From: a virus | Lineage: Duplodnaviria; Heunggongvirae; Uroviricota; Caudoviricetes | Length of the DNA stretch: 43,156 nt | Virus record (IMG/VR): IMGVR_UViG_2802429223_000002 | Reading direction: 5' to 3' (one strand) | Shown here: one piece after another, positions 11,354 to 19,934 of the stretch | Layout: each line of letters begins with the position of its first letter | How positions within the stretch are numbered: position 1 is the first letter of the stretch | Notes under the pieces: model-generated | Seen by the model: the letters and a program-made list of their open reading frames with translations, nothing else | What the model was told of the DNA's origin: nothing | The model's database searches: none | Made by a program: the position numbers and the translations under genes

Positions 11354-12001
11354 TCAGCGACCAATCACCACAACCTGACCACCGTCCCCTTCGTCTGCCG
11401 TGCTGATCTCCTGAGAAACCACCCGCGACCCCACACGCATTTCACCGTACAGAACAGGCAAAACATTGCCCTGAGCAACCATGTTATCCAGTGAGGAAAA
11501 ATAGGTGTTCTGTTTGCCGTTATCTGTACTGGCTGCCGTGGACGTCCTGGCTTTCGGTGCCAGCATCTGCGCCACACCGCCCAGGATCATACTGGCCCCT
11601 GCCGCATACATGCCCGATACAGCCGCGGCACCCAGCCAGCCCACAGGGTTCCACCATGCCACCGCAATCAACGCCGCTCCCAGCACCACCTGAAATACAC
11701 CGCCACTTTTAGCTCCCGCCAGACGCGGCACGATATGGATCACGGCACCATTTGCCAGCGGCTCATTAAGACGGGCAGATAATTCGGTTTCACCTGCATC
11801 ACGCCCGGCAATGCGCACCTGATACCAGCCGTCATTCAGTTTCTGACGAAACGCCGGGAGCTGTGTGGCCAGCGCCCGGATGGCTTCGGCCCCCGTTTTC
11901 ACACGAAGGTCGATGCGGCGGCCAAATCGTTGCAAATCCCCGTAAAGGCAGATGCGTGCCATGCCCGGTGACGCCAGAGGGAGTGTGTGCGTCGCTGCCA
12001 T
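11354..12001 (-). CDS. I: tail assembly protein I
   Basis: 215 aa, hydrophobic Gly/Ala-rich C-terminal half; position and sequence consistent with lambda gpI; overlaps K 3' end. Confidence 0.85.
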   Translation of the reverse strand: MAATHTLPLASPGMARICLYGDLQRFGRRIDLRVKTGAEAIRALATQLPAFRQKLNDGWYQVRIAGRDAGETELSARLNEPLANGAVIHIVPRLAGAKSGGVFQVVLGAALIAVAWWNPVGWLGAAAVSGMYAAGASMILGGVAQMLAPKARTSTAASTDNGKQNTYFSSLDNMVAQGNVLPVLYGEMRVGSRVVSQEISTADEGDGGQVVVIGR

Positions 12002-12642
12002 TTGTCGGTATACCTCTCTCGTTTGCTCAGTTGTTCAGGAATATGGTGCAGCAGCTCGCCGTCACCACAGTAAATGGCGGCATGATTCGGCACCGATGAA
12101 CCAAAACAGCACAGCAGCACATCGCCCGGCTGCGCCGCTGACAACGGCACCTGATACAGCCCTGTGGCCTCCAGATTATCCAGATAGAGATTCTGACCGT
12201 GACGCCACCAGTCATCCCCGCGATGAAAATCCGGCATCTCAATCCCCGCCAGATGATAAGCATCCCGGAACAGCGTGTAACAGTCCGTCACCCCGTGCTC
12301 AAAGCGCCGCCCGGTAAGATGCGGCACACTGCGGAATTTATGAATCTCACCCCGGCAGACCAGCCACCAAGGCAAATCGCTCTGCACCTGCAGCCGCCTG
12401 TCAGCCTCACTCAGCCAGGGCAGACCACCGGGGTGGCTGTGGACCAGCGCCACAATCTCACCCTGCATCTCTGCCCGCAGCCAGTCCTCCGGCGACATCC
12501 GGAAATACGCCTCCGGCTCACCGGAGATATTCACGCTGGGAAAATATCTTTCCCCCTCCGGCGTTCTCACCACGAAGCCGCACGATTCCGCTGGCGCACA
12601 TCGCCGGGCGTGCGCCAGAATCGCTGATTCTGTCTGTGTCAT
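11899..12642 (-). CDS. K: tail assembly protein K (NlpC/P60 and JAB-like domains)
   Basis: From internal ATG (MTQTESAILAHARRCAPAESCGFVV...) the protein matches lambda K as recalled; ORF-track start 12717 is upstream of the true start. Confidence 0.9.
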   Translation of the reverse strand: MTQTESAILAHARRCAPAESCGFVVRTPEGERYFPSVNISGEPEAYFRMSPEDWLRAEMQGEIVALVHSHPGGLPWLSEADRRLQVQSDLPWWLVCRGEIHKFRSVPHLTGRRFEHGVTDCYTLFRDAYHLAGIEMPDFHRGDDWWRHGQNLYLDNLEATGLYQVPLSAAQPGDVLLCCFGSSVPNHAAIYCGDGELLHHIPEQLSKRERYTDKWQRRTHSLWRHRAWHASAFTGICNDLAAASTFV

Positions 12643-12646
12643 GGGA

Positions 12647-13345
12647 TTACTGCGAAAGTTTGTTAATGGAAAGGAAGCCGCCAAAGTTGCCGACGTTATT
12701 GCGAAACTTACAACCACTCAGGCATTTGCTGCATTTATCCTTCGTGATATCGGACGTCGGCTGGTCATATTCATCAGCGACAGCCGGACCGCTATAACCG
12801 CACTCATCACCGCGATAGGTCCAGGTGCAGGTGTTGGCCAGCATGATGCGCCCCGGAAAAACAGCACCATCCGTTTCCGTCGGTGTGGAGAGCACAAAGG
12901 AGGCACTGACCGCACTCAGTTCGCTACACTGCTCGATGCGCCAGCGGCTGATCACCTCCTGCTCCGGATCGGCGTCGCTGTTTCCGTTGACGAAGTTCAC
13001 CGCATCCAGAAAACGGGCGTAAACCTTACGCCTGACCACCGTTCCGCCGACCAGACTCTGCAGGTCTTCCGCCATCCCGGTGACCATGCCGTGCAGGTTA
13101 GAGACCGTCAGTGTCGGACGGGCAGCACTGCCCTTACCGTTCAGTTCAAATCCCGTCCCCTGAATGGGGTATGCCTGATACTGCCGCCCCTGCCAGGTGA
13201 CCGGCTCACCTTTTTCGTTCTGCTCATTACAGAAAAAATAACGTTCACCACCGACCTCTGTCAGATCGATTTCCCAGAGCACCACCTGGGCTGACTGAGT
13301 AAGGCGTGTCGTCTCATGATGTGTTTCCTGTGGAATATCCTGCAT
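12647..13345 (-). CDS. L: minor tail protein L
   Basis: 232 aa, same length and sequence family as lambda L (MQDIPQETHHETTRLTQSAQVVLWEIDLTEVGGERYFFCNE...). Confidence 0.95.
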   Translation of the reverse strand: MQDIPQETHHETTRLTQSAQVVLWEIDLTEVGGERYFFCNEQNEKGEPVTWQGRQYQAYPIQGTGFELNGKGSAARPTLTVSNLHGMVTGMAEDLQSLVGGTVVRRKVYARFLDAVNFVNGNSDADPEQEVISRWRIEQCSELSAVSASFVLSTPTETDGAVFPGRIMLANTCTWTYRGDECGYSGPAVADEYDQPTSDITKDKCSKCLSGCKFRNNVGNFGGFLSINKLSQ

Positions 13346-13354
13346 CAGGGCCTC

Positions 13355-13684
13355 CTATGCCACGACCTGTTCAAAATCTGCCGTTATGGTTACCCACAGC
13401 GCCCCCACGCTTGCCGACCATTTACGACAAACCACCCTGATCGGCTTCCAGTCATAAGGTGGCGTCCACTGAAATGCGCGGACGCCACCGTGCCGTTCCA
13501 GAAAGGCTTTCAAAGATGGGTGTTCACATTTACGAACACGTATCGTCACGCTGTAAGTCGACAACTGGTTATTCAGTCCCGCCGCACGACGCTGTTCATA
13601 ACCATCGCCCAGCTTCACTGTCACCACTTTCGGCTCTGATACCACATTCATATCCGGGCGCACTTTCCAGTGAAACGTCTCCAT
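13355..13684 (-). CDS. M: minor tail protein M
   Basis: 109 aa, lambda M-like (METFHWKVRPDMNVVSEPKVVTVKLGDGYEQRRAAGLN...). Confidence 0.95.
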   Translation of the reverse strand: METFHWKVRPDMNVVSEPKVVTVKLGDGYEQRRAAGLNNQLSTYSVTIRVRKCEHPSLKAFLERHGGVRAFQWTPPYDWKPIRVVCRKWSASVGALWVTITADFEQVVA

Positions 13685-16600
13685 TACCGATATGCTCCAC
13701 TTAACCGACCACCATCACGGGCCTGCTGTTGCATAAAGTCCGCTGCCGCTTTTTTCCCGAGGTCATAAACCACCTTCAGGGCAGCCGGACCTATCTGCCC
13801 GTTCGTGCCATCGTTATTGATCTCGATGTTGTACTGCGGGGCAAACATCGCCATACCTGAACCACCAATATCCGCCACAACCCCCAGCTTACCGTCAGCA
13901 CCACGACGCAGAGGCAGAATGGCTTCAGGCCCAGCTTCCCCCATCACACCTGCACCTTTTGCAAAAGCAAAAAACGTCGGACGGTTAACCACCGTGCCAC
14001 TGTAGCGACTCAAATCAGCAGACTGATAAACACCACCATCAGCATTGGGCGTCACACTGGCAGTTGCTGCACTCCCCCAGCCAAACGCCGAACCAATCCC
14101 CTTAACTGCCTGCATCATGGACATCTGAGCCATGATTTTTGCCAGATCAGAAAGGAGCGAGGCGGTAAAAGATTTGAAGTTCAGTTTTCCGGTGGTACAG
14201 AATGTTGCCAGTGCATTACCTGCACTATTAAATGCCGCTGTAAGCATCTGCTCCGCAGTGCCTGCCGCATTATCCGCATCTGCCGTGAAATTCTGAAACG
14301 CCCGCATGGCACCGTTTTTCCAGTTACCCTGAGCAATTTCAAGCTGTTGCCAGTAACGGCGATTCTCATTCAGTTGCCTGTTCAGGCTCTCCGTCAGCGC
14401 CTGCTCGGCCTTTCTGTAGTCATCCGTGTTATATGTCCCTTTCTGCTCACTATCCCGCCTCAACTGCTCCAGCTGTTGCTGGTATTTCTGGCGAAGGCTC
14501 AGTTGTACCTGATATCGCTGCCGCTGCTGATCACCCATACCCACCGTGGCGATATCCAGGTCATGTTGCTGACGCTGAGCGCGCTCTTCTTCAGCCAGTT
14601 GACTGGTCAGCTGAATTGTTTTTTTCTTCAGATCGTTGAGTGCCGTCTGTTTCTGAAGCTCCTGCTGTTTTACATCCAGCAGCGTCAGTGCCTGAATCAG
14701 TTCATCTTTACGGGCCAGCACACTCTTTTCATCTGCCGTCAGTTTTTTCCCGTCCAGGTCGCTGATGCGCTGCTGCAGAGCCAGAAGCTGTTTATGCGCT
14801 TCTGTCATCCTGTCAGTGGCAATGCCTGCTGACTGTCTGGCAGCAGCAATCTGCCCTTCCACCTGTGCCTGTTGCTGGCTGTACTGCAGCAATAACCGGG
14901 TGGCCTCATCATTACGGGTTTCGCGTGTTTTTTTCTTACCGGATGCCAGGGCTTTCTCGTAACGTTCATTTTCACGTTGTATCGCCGCATCCCTGACAGC
15001 CTGATCGGCGTACTGCATGGCATTAATACGCGCAATTTCACGCTGATGTCGTGCTGCTTCCGTTTCATTCATCCGGTTCAGTGCAGCATTTTCAGCATTA
15101 CGGCGTTTCTGTTGCTCCTGATAATTCCGCTCTGCCTGCTCTTTTGCATCCTGCAAATCCTTCTGGCGTTTTTTCTCCTGAAGCTCGTTAAGACGCTGCT
15201 GATCGTACTCAACCTGAGAAGATGATGCCGTCCAGGGGAGTCTTTTCGCCCGCGACACTTTCTCCTGTAAAGCGGAAATCTGTTCATCCAGCGAGTCTTC
15301 ACGACCAATATTCATGGCCGCATCCCAGAAACGACTCCATAAATCAGACAGATACTTCAGCGTACTGCCCAGCGCATTGAGGTTATTATCAATATCCGCA
15401 GTACGCCGACCGGTTTCCTCTGCCAGTGCAGACATGGCTATCCGTGCCGCATCACTGGACCGCCCCTGTTCCCCAAGGACGCGTATCTGTTCAAGCTGAG
15501 TGGCAGTAAGAAAATGCAGCTCATTGTCCAGAGCCTTCGCGGCATTTACAGGATCATCCTTCAGCCGCTTAAACTGATTTATGGTATCGCTGACCGACTG
15601 GCCAACCGATCGCTCCATCTGTGCGGCAGCTCTCGCCACCATACCGATATCGTTTCCACGAAATGCACCACTCCCCACCACCTGAGCCAGCGCACCGGCT
15701 GCAGCATGTTGCGTAATACCATTCCCGGAAATAGCACGACTGAGCGTCCACAGCTGCCCGGCAGTGACTCCGGCATAATGCCCCGTCAGCGACAACTGGC
15801 GGTTAAATTCTTCCCCCTCCTTCTGACCATCATACCAGGCTTTACCCAGACCATAGACGGCCGCGGCAATACCGCCAATAACCCCGCCCAGCATCATGCC
15901 TTTCGGTGACATCAGTGTGTCTATCCATCCGGCACGGTTAGCCAGCGTTATCCCGGATCCCCTCAGCGCACCTAAATTGCCGCGAGCCAGTTCACCTATC
16001 AGAACGCCTATCTCCTGGCGGGCCGCTGCACTTTTCAGACCCAGCGAATGCGTGGCTTTTCCTGCCTGCTCCATTTTGCGGATATACACTTCTGCAGCAC
16101 TGCTTACCCCCAGCTGGGTAGCCTTAGCACGAAGCAACTCAGAAGAAGAAAGATTCTGGCGGGTTGCCTGCTCTTTAAGCTGACGGATAAACGCCACTTT
16201 CTGTCGGGTAGCCTCTGCCTCAGCCTGCGTAAGAACACGGGTTTTCGCCGTAACCTCAGAAATCAGCGCCAGATAATCCTGCTGACCAATCCCGCCACTG
16301 TTTCTGGCCTGTCGGATCTGCTGCTGAATACGCTGTAATTCCTGCAGCCCCGCACTGGCCTGTTTCACACTGTCAATCTGACGATAAAACGCAGCAGCCG
16401 CTTTATCCTGAGCCTCCGCCAGAGCCATGGCCTGCGCCTGTTCCTCGCGCATTTTCTGGCTCAGTGCCTCCATACGCTGGCGGGTTTGCTCCACCTCGCG
16501 GGCCATGCGTTCATGAGCCTGTGCGCTCTTCTCCACCGTCTGCGCATGGACGGATGCGGCTGTTGCAGCCGAAGAAGCCGCCTGCATTGTCTGCCGGGCG

Positions 16601-16758
16601 GCCTGAGTCTGACGCTCCATAAAACGCTGCATACGGGCAGAAGACCGTTCTGCATCGCTGGCTGCACCATTCAGAAGGTTTTTGATACGGGGAATTTCAT
16701 TTTTAAACTCTGCCGCATCAATCCCCAAATCAATGACCAGGTTGGCTATCTGGTCCAT
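13684..16758 (-). CDS. H: tail tape measure protein
   Basis: About 1024 aa, coiled-coil rich; C-terminal NNDGTNGQIGPAALKVVYD...DGGRLSGAYR resembles lambda H C-terminus; ATG 16758 with GGAGG SD preferred over TTG 16788. Confidence 0.9.
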   Translation of the reverse strand: MDQIANLVIDLGIDAAEFKNEIPRIKNLLNGAASDAERSSARMQRFMERQTQAARQTMQAASSAATAASVHAQTVEKSAQAHERMAREVEQTRQRMEALSQKMREEQAQAMALAEAQDKAAAAFYRQIDSVKQASAGLQELQRIQQQIRQARNSGGIGQQDYLALISEVTAKTRVLTQAEAEATRQKVAFIRQLKEQATRQNLSSSELLRAKATQLGVSSAAEVYIRKMEQAGKATHSLGLKSAAARQEIGVLIGELARGNLGALRGSGITLANRAGWIDTLMSPKGMMLGGVIGGIAAAVYGLGKAWYDGQKEGEEFNRQLSLTGHYAGVTAGQLWTLSRAISGNGITQHAAAGALAQVVGSGAFRGNDIGMVARAAAQMERSVGQSVSDTINQFKRLKDDPVNAAKALDNELHFLTATQLEQIRVLGEQGRSSDAARIAMSALAEETGRRTADIDNNLNALGSTLKYLSDLWSRFWDAAMNIGREDSLDEQISALQEKVSRAKRLPWTASSSQVEYDQQRLNELQEKKRQKDLQDAKEQAERNYQEQQKRRNAENAALNRMNETEAARHQREIARINAMQYADQAVRDAAIQRENERYEKALASGKKKTRETRNDEATRLLLQYSQQQAQVEGQIAAARQSAGIATDRMTEAHKQLLALQQRISDLDGKKLTADEKSVLARKDELIQALTLLDVKQQELQKQTALNDLKKKTIQLTSQLAEEERAQRQQHDLDIATVGMGDQQRQRYQVQLSLRQKYQQQLEQLRRDSEQKGTYNTDDYRKAEQALTESLNRQLNENRRYWQQLEIAQGNWKNGAMRAFQNFTADADNAAGTAEQMLTAAFNSAGNALATFCTTGKLNFKSFTASLLSDLAKIMAQMSMMQAVKGIGSAFGWGSAATASVTPNADGGVYQSADLSRYSGTVVNRPTFFAFAKGAGVMGEAGPEAILPLRRGADGKLGVVADIGGSGMAMFAPQYNIEINNDGTNGQIGPAALKVVYDLGKKAAADFMQQQARDGGRLSGAYR

Positions 16759-17090
16759 AACGCACACCTCCGGAAATACCTTCCCCAAGATGCATCAGTT
16801 CTTCGTCCGTTCGCTCCGGTATCCCGTTCTCTTCCGGTAAAAGGCTGAAATCAGCCACCTCAGCATCACTGCTACCGGACACCATTCTCACGATCAATGC
16901 CTTCAGCGAGGCAAACTGCGCATCCATCCACACATCACTGAAGCTCTGCATCCGGAAATAATCGCCCCACTCACCAAGCTCAGTGGCCGACATTTCCGAC
17001 AGCATCCGCCGCCAGTCTGCCCGCCGGAACTCCCGGGCAAGCCGCATGACAAACTGCATTTCCCGCGTCAGGACTTTTCCGGCGTCAGCA
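16730..17090 (-). CDS. T: T segment of the G-T tail assembly chaperone, reached by programmed -1 frameshift from G
   Basis: ORF in the -1 frame relative to G, open only from about 17090 and overlapping the G 3' end; arrangement equals lambda G/G-T; frameshift site not canonical (CCGGAAAAG near 17072-17080). Confidence 0.6.
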
Positions 17091-17457
17091 CCTCATGCTC
17101 CAAATCCCCGGCATTCTCAATGGCTCCCATACCGCTCAGCGACAGAACCATCTCCGCCCCCGCTCCCAGGGCATCATACGACCATGTTGTAATAACGGAT
17201 GCGCAAAGCGTCTCAACATCCTGAGACTGTTCCGCATTCCACAGTGAGCGGGAAACCAGCCAGGCATTGATATCCATCCCCATCCGCAGAAAAGCAATCT
17301 GTCGTTCAGCCTCCGGCAGTTCTCCCTCTTCGGCATCAAACTTTGCCGTTCGCTGCTGAACAAACGCCAGATATTCAATTCTCTGCAGCCCGGACAGCTC
17401 ACTGAGCACCACGGACTGCTTTTCATAATTAAACGTGCCCTGTTTCAGAAACATCAT
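17068..17457 (-). CDS. G: tail assembly chaperone G
   Basis: MMFLKQGTFNYEKQSVVLSELSGLQRIEYLAF resembles lambda G (MFLKTESFEHNGVTVTLSELSALQRIEHLA); start moved to internal ATG with GGTGGAG SD. Confidence 0.8.
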   Translation of the reverse strand: MMFLKQGTFNYEKQSVVLSELSGLQRIEYLAFVQQRTAKFDAEEGELPEAERQIAFLRMGMDINAWLVSRSLWNAEQSQDVETLCASVITTWSYDALGAGAEMVLSLSGMGAIENAGDLEHEVLTPEKS

Positions 17458-17470
17458 GTTCTCCACCTGC

Positions 17471-17494
17471 AAAAAAGCCCCGGATAACCGGGGC
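17471..17494 (-). terminator. rho-independent terminator between V and G
   Basis: GCCCCGG / CCGGGGC 7-bp stem with ATAA loop, followed on minus strand by TTTTTT (plus-strand A-run 17471-17476). Confidence 0.55.
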
Positions 17495-17514
17495 AAATGA
17501 TGAGTATCGTCCTG

Positions 17515-18258
17515 TTAACCTGCGGCGCTGACAGCCACCGCAGCCACTGCCACAAAATCGCCGTCAGAAGTCATGCCCACAATGCTGACACTGCCCTGCT
17601 TCACGCCTTTCACCGTGGCCACAAGCCCGTTCAGGGTCACCGTGGCAGTCTGTGGATCTGTCGAATGCACACTGATCGCTTTGTCACTGGCTCCGTCAGG
17701 TTTTACTGTAAAGGTCAGCGTGGTGGTTGCTCCCACTTTTATACTGGCAGATGCCGGTGATACTGTCAGCCCGGTAACGCTCACGGTTTCAGTGCCTTCC
17801 TCTGCCAGATACGGACGCCCCACACCGCTGATTTTCACTGTGCGGGTCATCACGTCTTTTGAGGCAATGGTTTTACCCAGTGAGCTCAGCCAGCCACGGA
17901 AAACATCAACAGTGCCGTTGGGATATTTGATACGAAACGCGCAGACTTCACCGGAGTCGAACAACTGAACCAGTTTTTTCTGCCCGCTGTCACCCGGACG
18001 CCAGGCCAGCGTCGCCGAAGTATCACCGACGGATTTCTGCCCCTGGGTTGTCGTTTTCCAGTCTGCATCTTCATCATCGAGATAAGTGTCATCTTCTGCA
18101 TCAGCGGTCATTTCGCCAGGCTGCAGATCCTTCACCATCGCAAGACGCAGCCAGTCAGTGTCCGATAAAGGGTTCGCAAACGCATCGCCCTTGCCGGTGT
18201 ACATCCAGAACGTCGTTCCCGCACCTTTCGTTTTTGCCAGTGGATTTGGTGTGGTCAT
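17515..18258 (-). CDS. V: major tail protein V
   Basis: From MTTPNPLAKTKGAGTTFWMYTGKGDAFANPLSD the protein parallels lambda V including YLDDEDADW and the C-terminal Ig-like region; strong SD AAGGAGGTGG before ATG 18258. Confidence 0.9.
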   Translation of the reverse strand: MTTPNPLAKTKGAGTTFWMYTGKGDAFANPLSDTDWLRLAMVKDLQPGEMTADAEDDTYLDDEDADWKTTTQGQKSVGDTSATLAWRPGDSGQKKLVQLFDSGEVCAFRIKYPNGTVDVFRGWLSSLGKTIASKDVMTRTVKISGVGRPYLAEEGTETVSVTGLTVSPASASIKVGATTTLTFTVKPDGASDKAISVHSTDPQTATVTLNGLVATVKGVKQGSVSIVGMTSDGDFVAVAAVAVSAAG

Positions 18259-18268
18259 TGCCACCTCC

Positions 18269-18670
18269 TTAATTCGTGTACGTGATCTGGTACGTGATTT
18301 CCGCCATCGCCCAGGTGGCCATCTCATTATCACGTTGATAGTTAAAACCGAGTGGGATCAGGGTGTCGATGAGTCCGGAAAGTGCCGGTACATCATTCAG
18401 GGCCGGGAAAATGGTGCTCTCCATCCACATATCCAGCTCTGAATCCGGTGCCTGTGCCCGGATGAAGACGGCAATATGCAGAACAGCCTGCCAGTCATCT
18501 TCATCCGTCATTTTTCCGGTGTACTGAGCATCACTCAGCCACACCGCCACGGCAGGCAGTTCCTGCGCATCAATAAATGCCGGAAGCCCGTCAAAAAATG
18601 TGGCGCTGTCTCCACACTGTTCCCGAAGGCGTGCCAGTACGGCCTGGCGGATTTGTGTATGTCGGTTCAT
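18269..18670 (-). CDS. U: tail terminator protein U
   Basis: Matches lambda U as recalled (ATFFDG...PAVAVWLSDAQYTG...PDSELDMWMES...ITYQITY); start ATG 18670 overlaps Z stop (ATGA). Confidence 0.85.
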   Translation of the reverse strand: MNRHTQIRQAVLARLREQCGDSATFFDGLPAFIDAQELPAVAVWLSDAQYTGKMTDEDDWQAVLHIAVFIRAQAPDSELDMWMESTIFPALNDVPALSGLIDTLIPLGFNYQRDNEMATWAMAEITYQITYTN

Positions 18671-19245
18671 CGGGTCAGCCATAACCTCAGTTGTTGTTTC
18701 AGTGCATACCCCAGCTGTTTCGGCATTTCCGCAGCAATGATGCGATCGCGGGCATCTTCAAATGCCTGTGTCAGCGGTCCGGACAGCGGGATTTTCACCA
18801 CATCAATGGGGTAACGATTTTTGCCATCAATACGCCGCATCACATGCCAGCGACCATTCGCCAGTTGCTGAATAAACGCATCCCGGAAAAGATATTTACC
18901 CACCTTCAGCACGCTGCCACGGTACTGCAGTTTTCCACCACGCCGGGCCAGTCTGACCCGGGCTGTCCCCAGCTTAATGGCGGGCAGATTGCCCCGGTTA
19001 ACGCGGATCCTGGCCGTCATTTTTCCTGACGGACTGGCTTTAAACACCCGGACACGCTGACGTACCAGTTTCAGGGGGATCCCTTTCACCTGGTTATCTC
19101 CCGCAACGGTATTCCCGGCAACCTGCCGGGTGGCAACCGAGACCGCTTTCTGTGCCACACGGTTTATCGCCCATGCGCTGGCCTGTGGCACCATACGGGT
19201 ATCAAGGCTGTTCAGATTGCGGATGGCATTCTCAAGCCCCTTCAT
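18667..19245 (-). CDS. Z: tail completion protein Z
   Basis: 192 aa, same size and position as lambda Z. Confidence 0.85.
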   Translation of the reverse strand: MKGLENAIRNLNSLDTRMVPQASAWAINRVAQKAVSVATRQVAGNTVAGDNQVKGIPLKLVRQRVRVFKASPSGKMTARIRVNRGNLPAIKLGTARVRLARRGGKLQYRGSVLKVGKYLFRDAFIQQLANGRWHVMRRIDGKNRYPIDVVKIPLSGPLTQAFEDARDRIIAAEMPKQLGYALKQQLRLWLTR

Positions 19246-19256
19246 CCCACACCTCT

Positions 19257-19532
19257 TTACTCAATAAAGATCATTGGCTTACCGTTAAAGCGTTCATGCC
19301 GTGTGACCGTCCATTGTTGTCCGTCATAAACAACGCGATCCCCGCGCCGTGGGCGGTATCCCGAAGAAAACACCACCAGAGAGACCGCAGGTCCGGACAG
19401 AGCATTCAGCTCTGCCAGTGTTTCTCCCGGGATCACGGTCATATCGACATCATTAATCGAGGCTGTCTTTCCCATCTTTCTGACCGTGATAGCATCCATA
19501 CGCGCTGCCAGCCGGGAAAAGGGATCAGACAT
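19257..19532 (-). CDS. head-tail joining protein (FII-like)
   Basis: 91 aa; position between head genes and Z; weak resemblance to lambda FII (RRGD motif). Confidence 0.5.
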   Translation of the reverse strand: MSDPFSRLAARMDAITVRKMGKTASINDVDMTVIPGETLAELNALSGPAVSLVVFSSGYRPRRGDRVVYDGQQWTVTRHERFNGKPMIFIE

Positions 19533-19848
19533 TGAGTTTTACCGGCACTTCTTCTGCACTGGTTCCGGCATCTGCCCAGACAACCCCGACCAGCGGATCA
19601 GAGCCGCTGTTAGTCAGCTGAACTTTTCCGGACTTCAGATAAACCTTCTTACCCGTTTTCATGTCATCCGTTTTCAGCTTAGGCAGCATAAACACACCTT
19701 CGGTCATACCGTCGCCTGTTTCACCTTGTGGAATATCGGTCAGCGCCACCGCAAAAACATCACCCACCTGCACCAGATCTCCGCTGCTGATGGCTGCACT
19801 GGCAACAATCGCCACCGTTTTTCCTTCTTCTACAAAATTCTTTGCCAT
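19525..19848 (-). CDS. small head protein, possibly DUF2190-type decoration/cement protein
   Basis: About 107 aa from ATG 19848 with GGAGA SD; Gly/Val-rich; sits directly downstream of the capsid gene. Confidence 0.4.
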   Translation of the reverse strand: MAKNFVEEGKTVAIVASAAISSGDLVQVGDVFAVALTDIPQGETGDGMTEGVFMLPKLKTDDMKTGKKVYLKSGKVQLTNSGSDPLVGVVWADAGTSAEEVPVKLNV

Positions 19849-19934
19849 AACTGTCTCCACACAGCCCCGTTCAGGGGCTGATTTCAGGTACAAAAAAAGC
19901 CCTTACGGGCCATCAGAGTTGTTGTCTGCGATGT

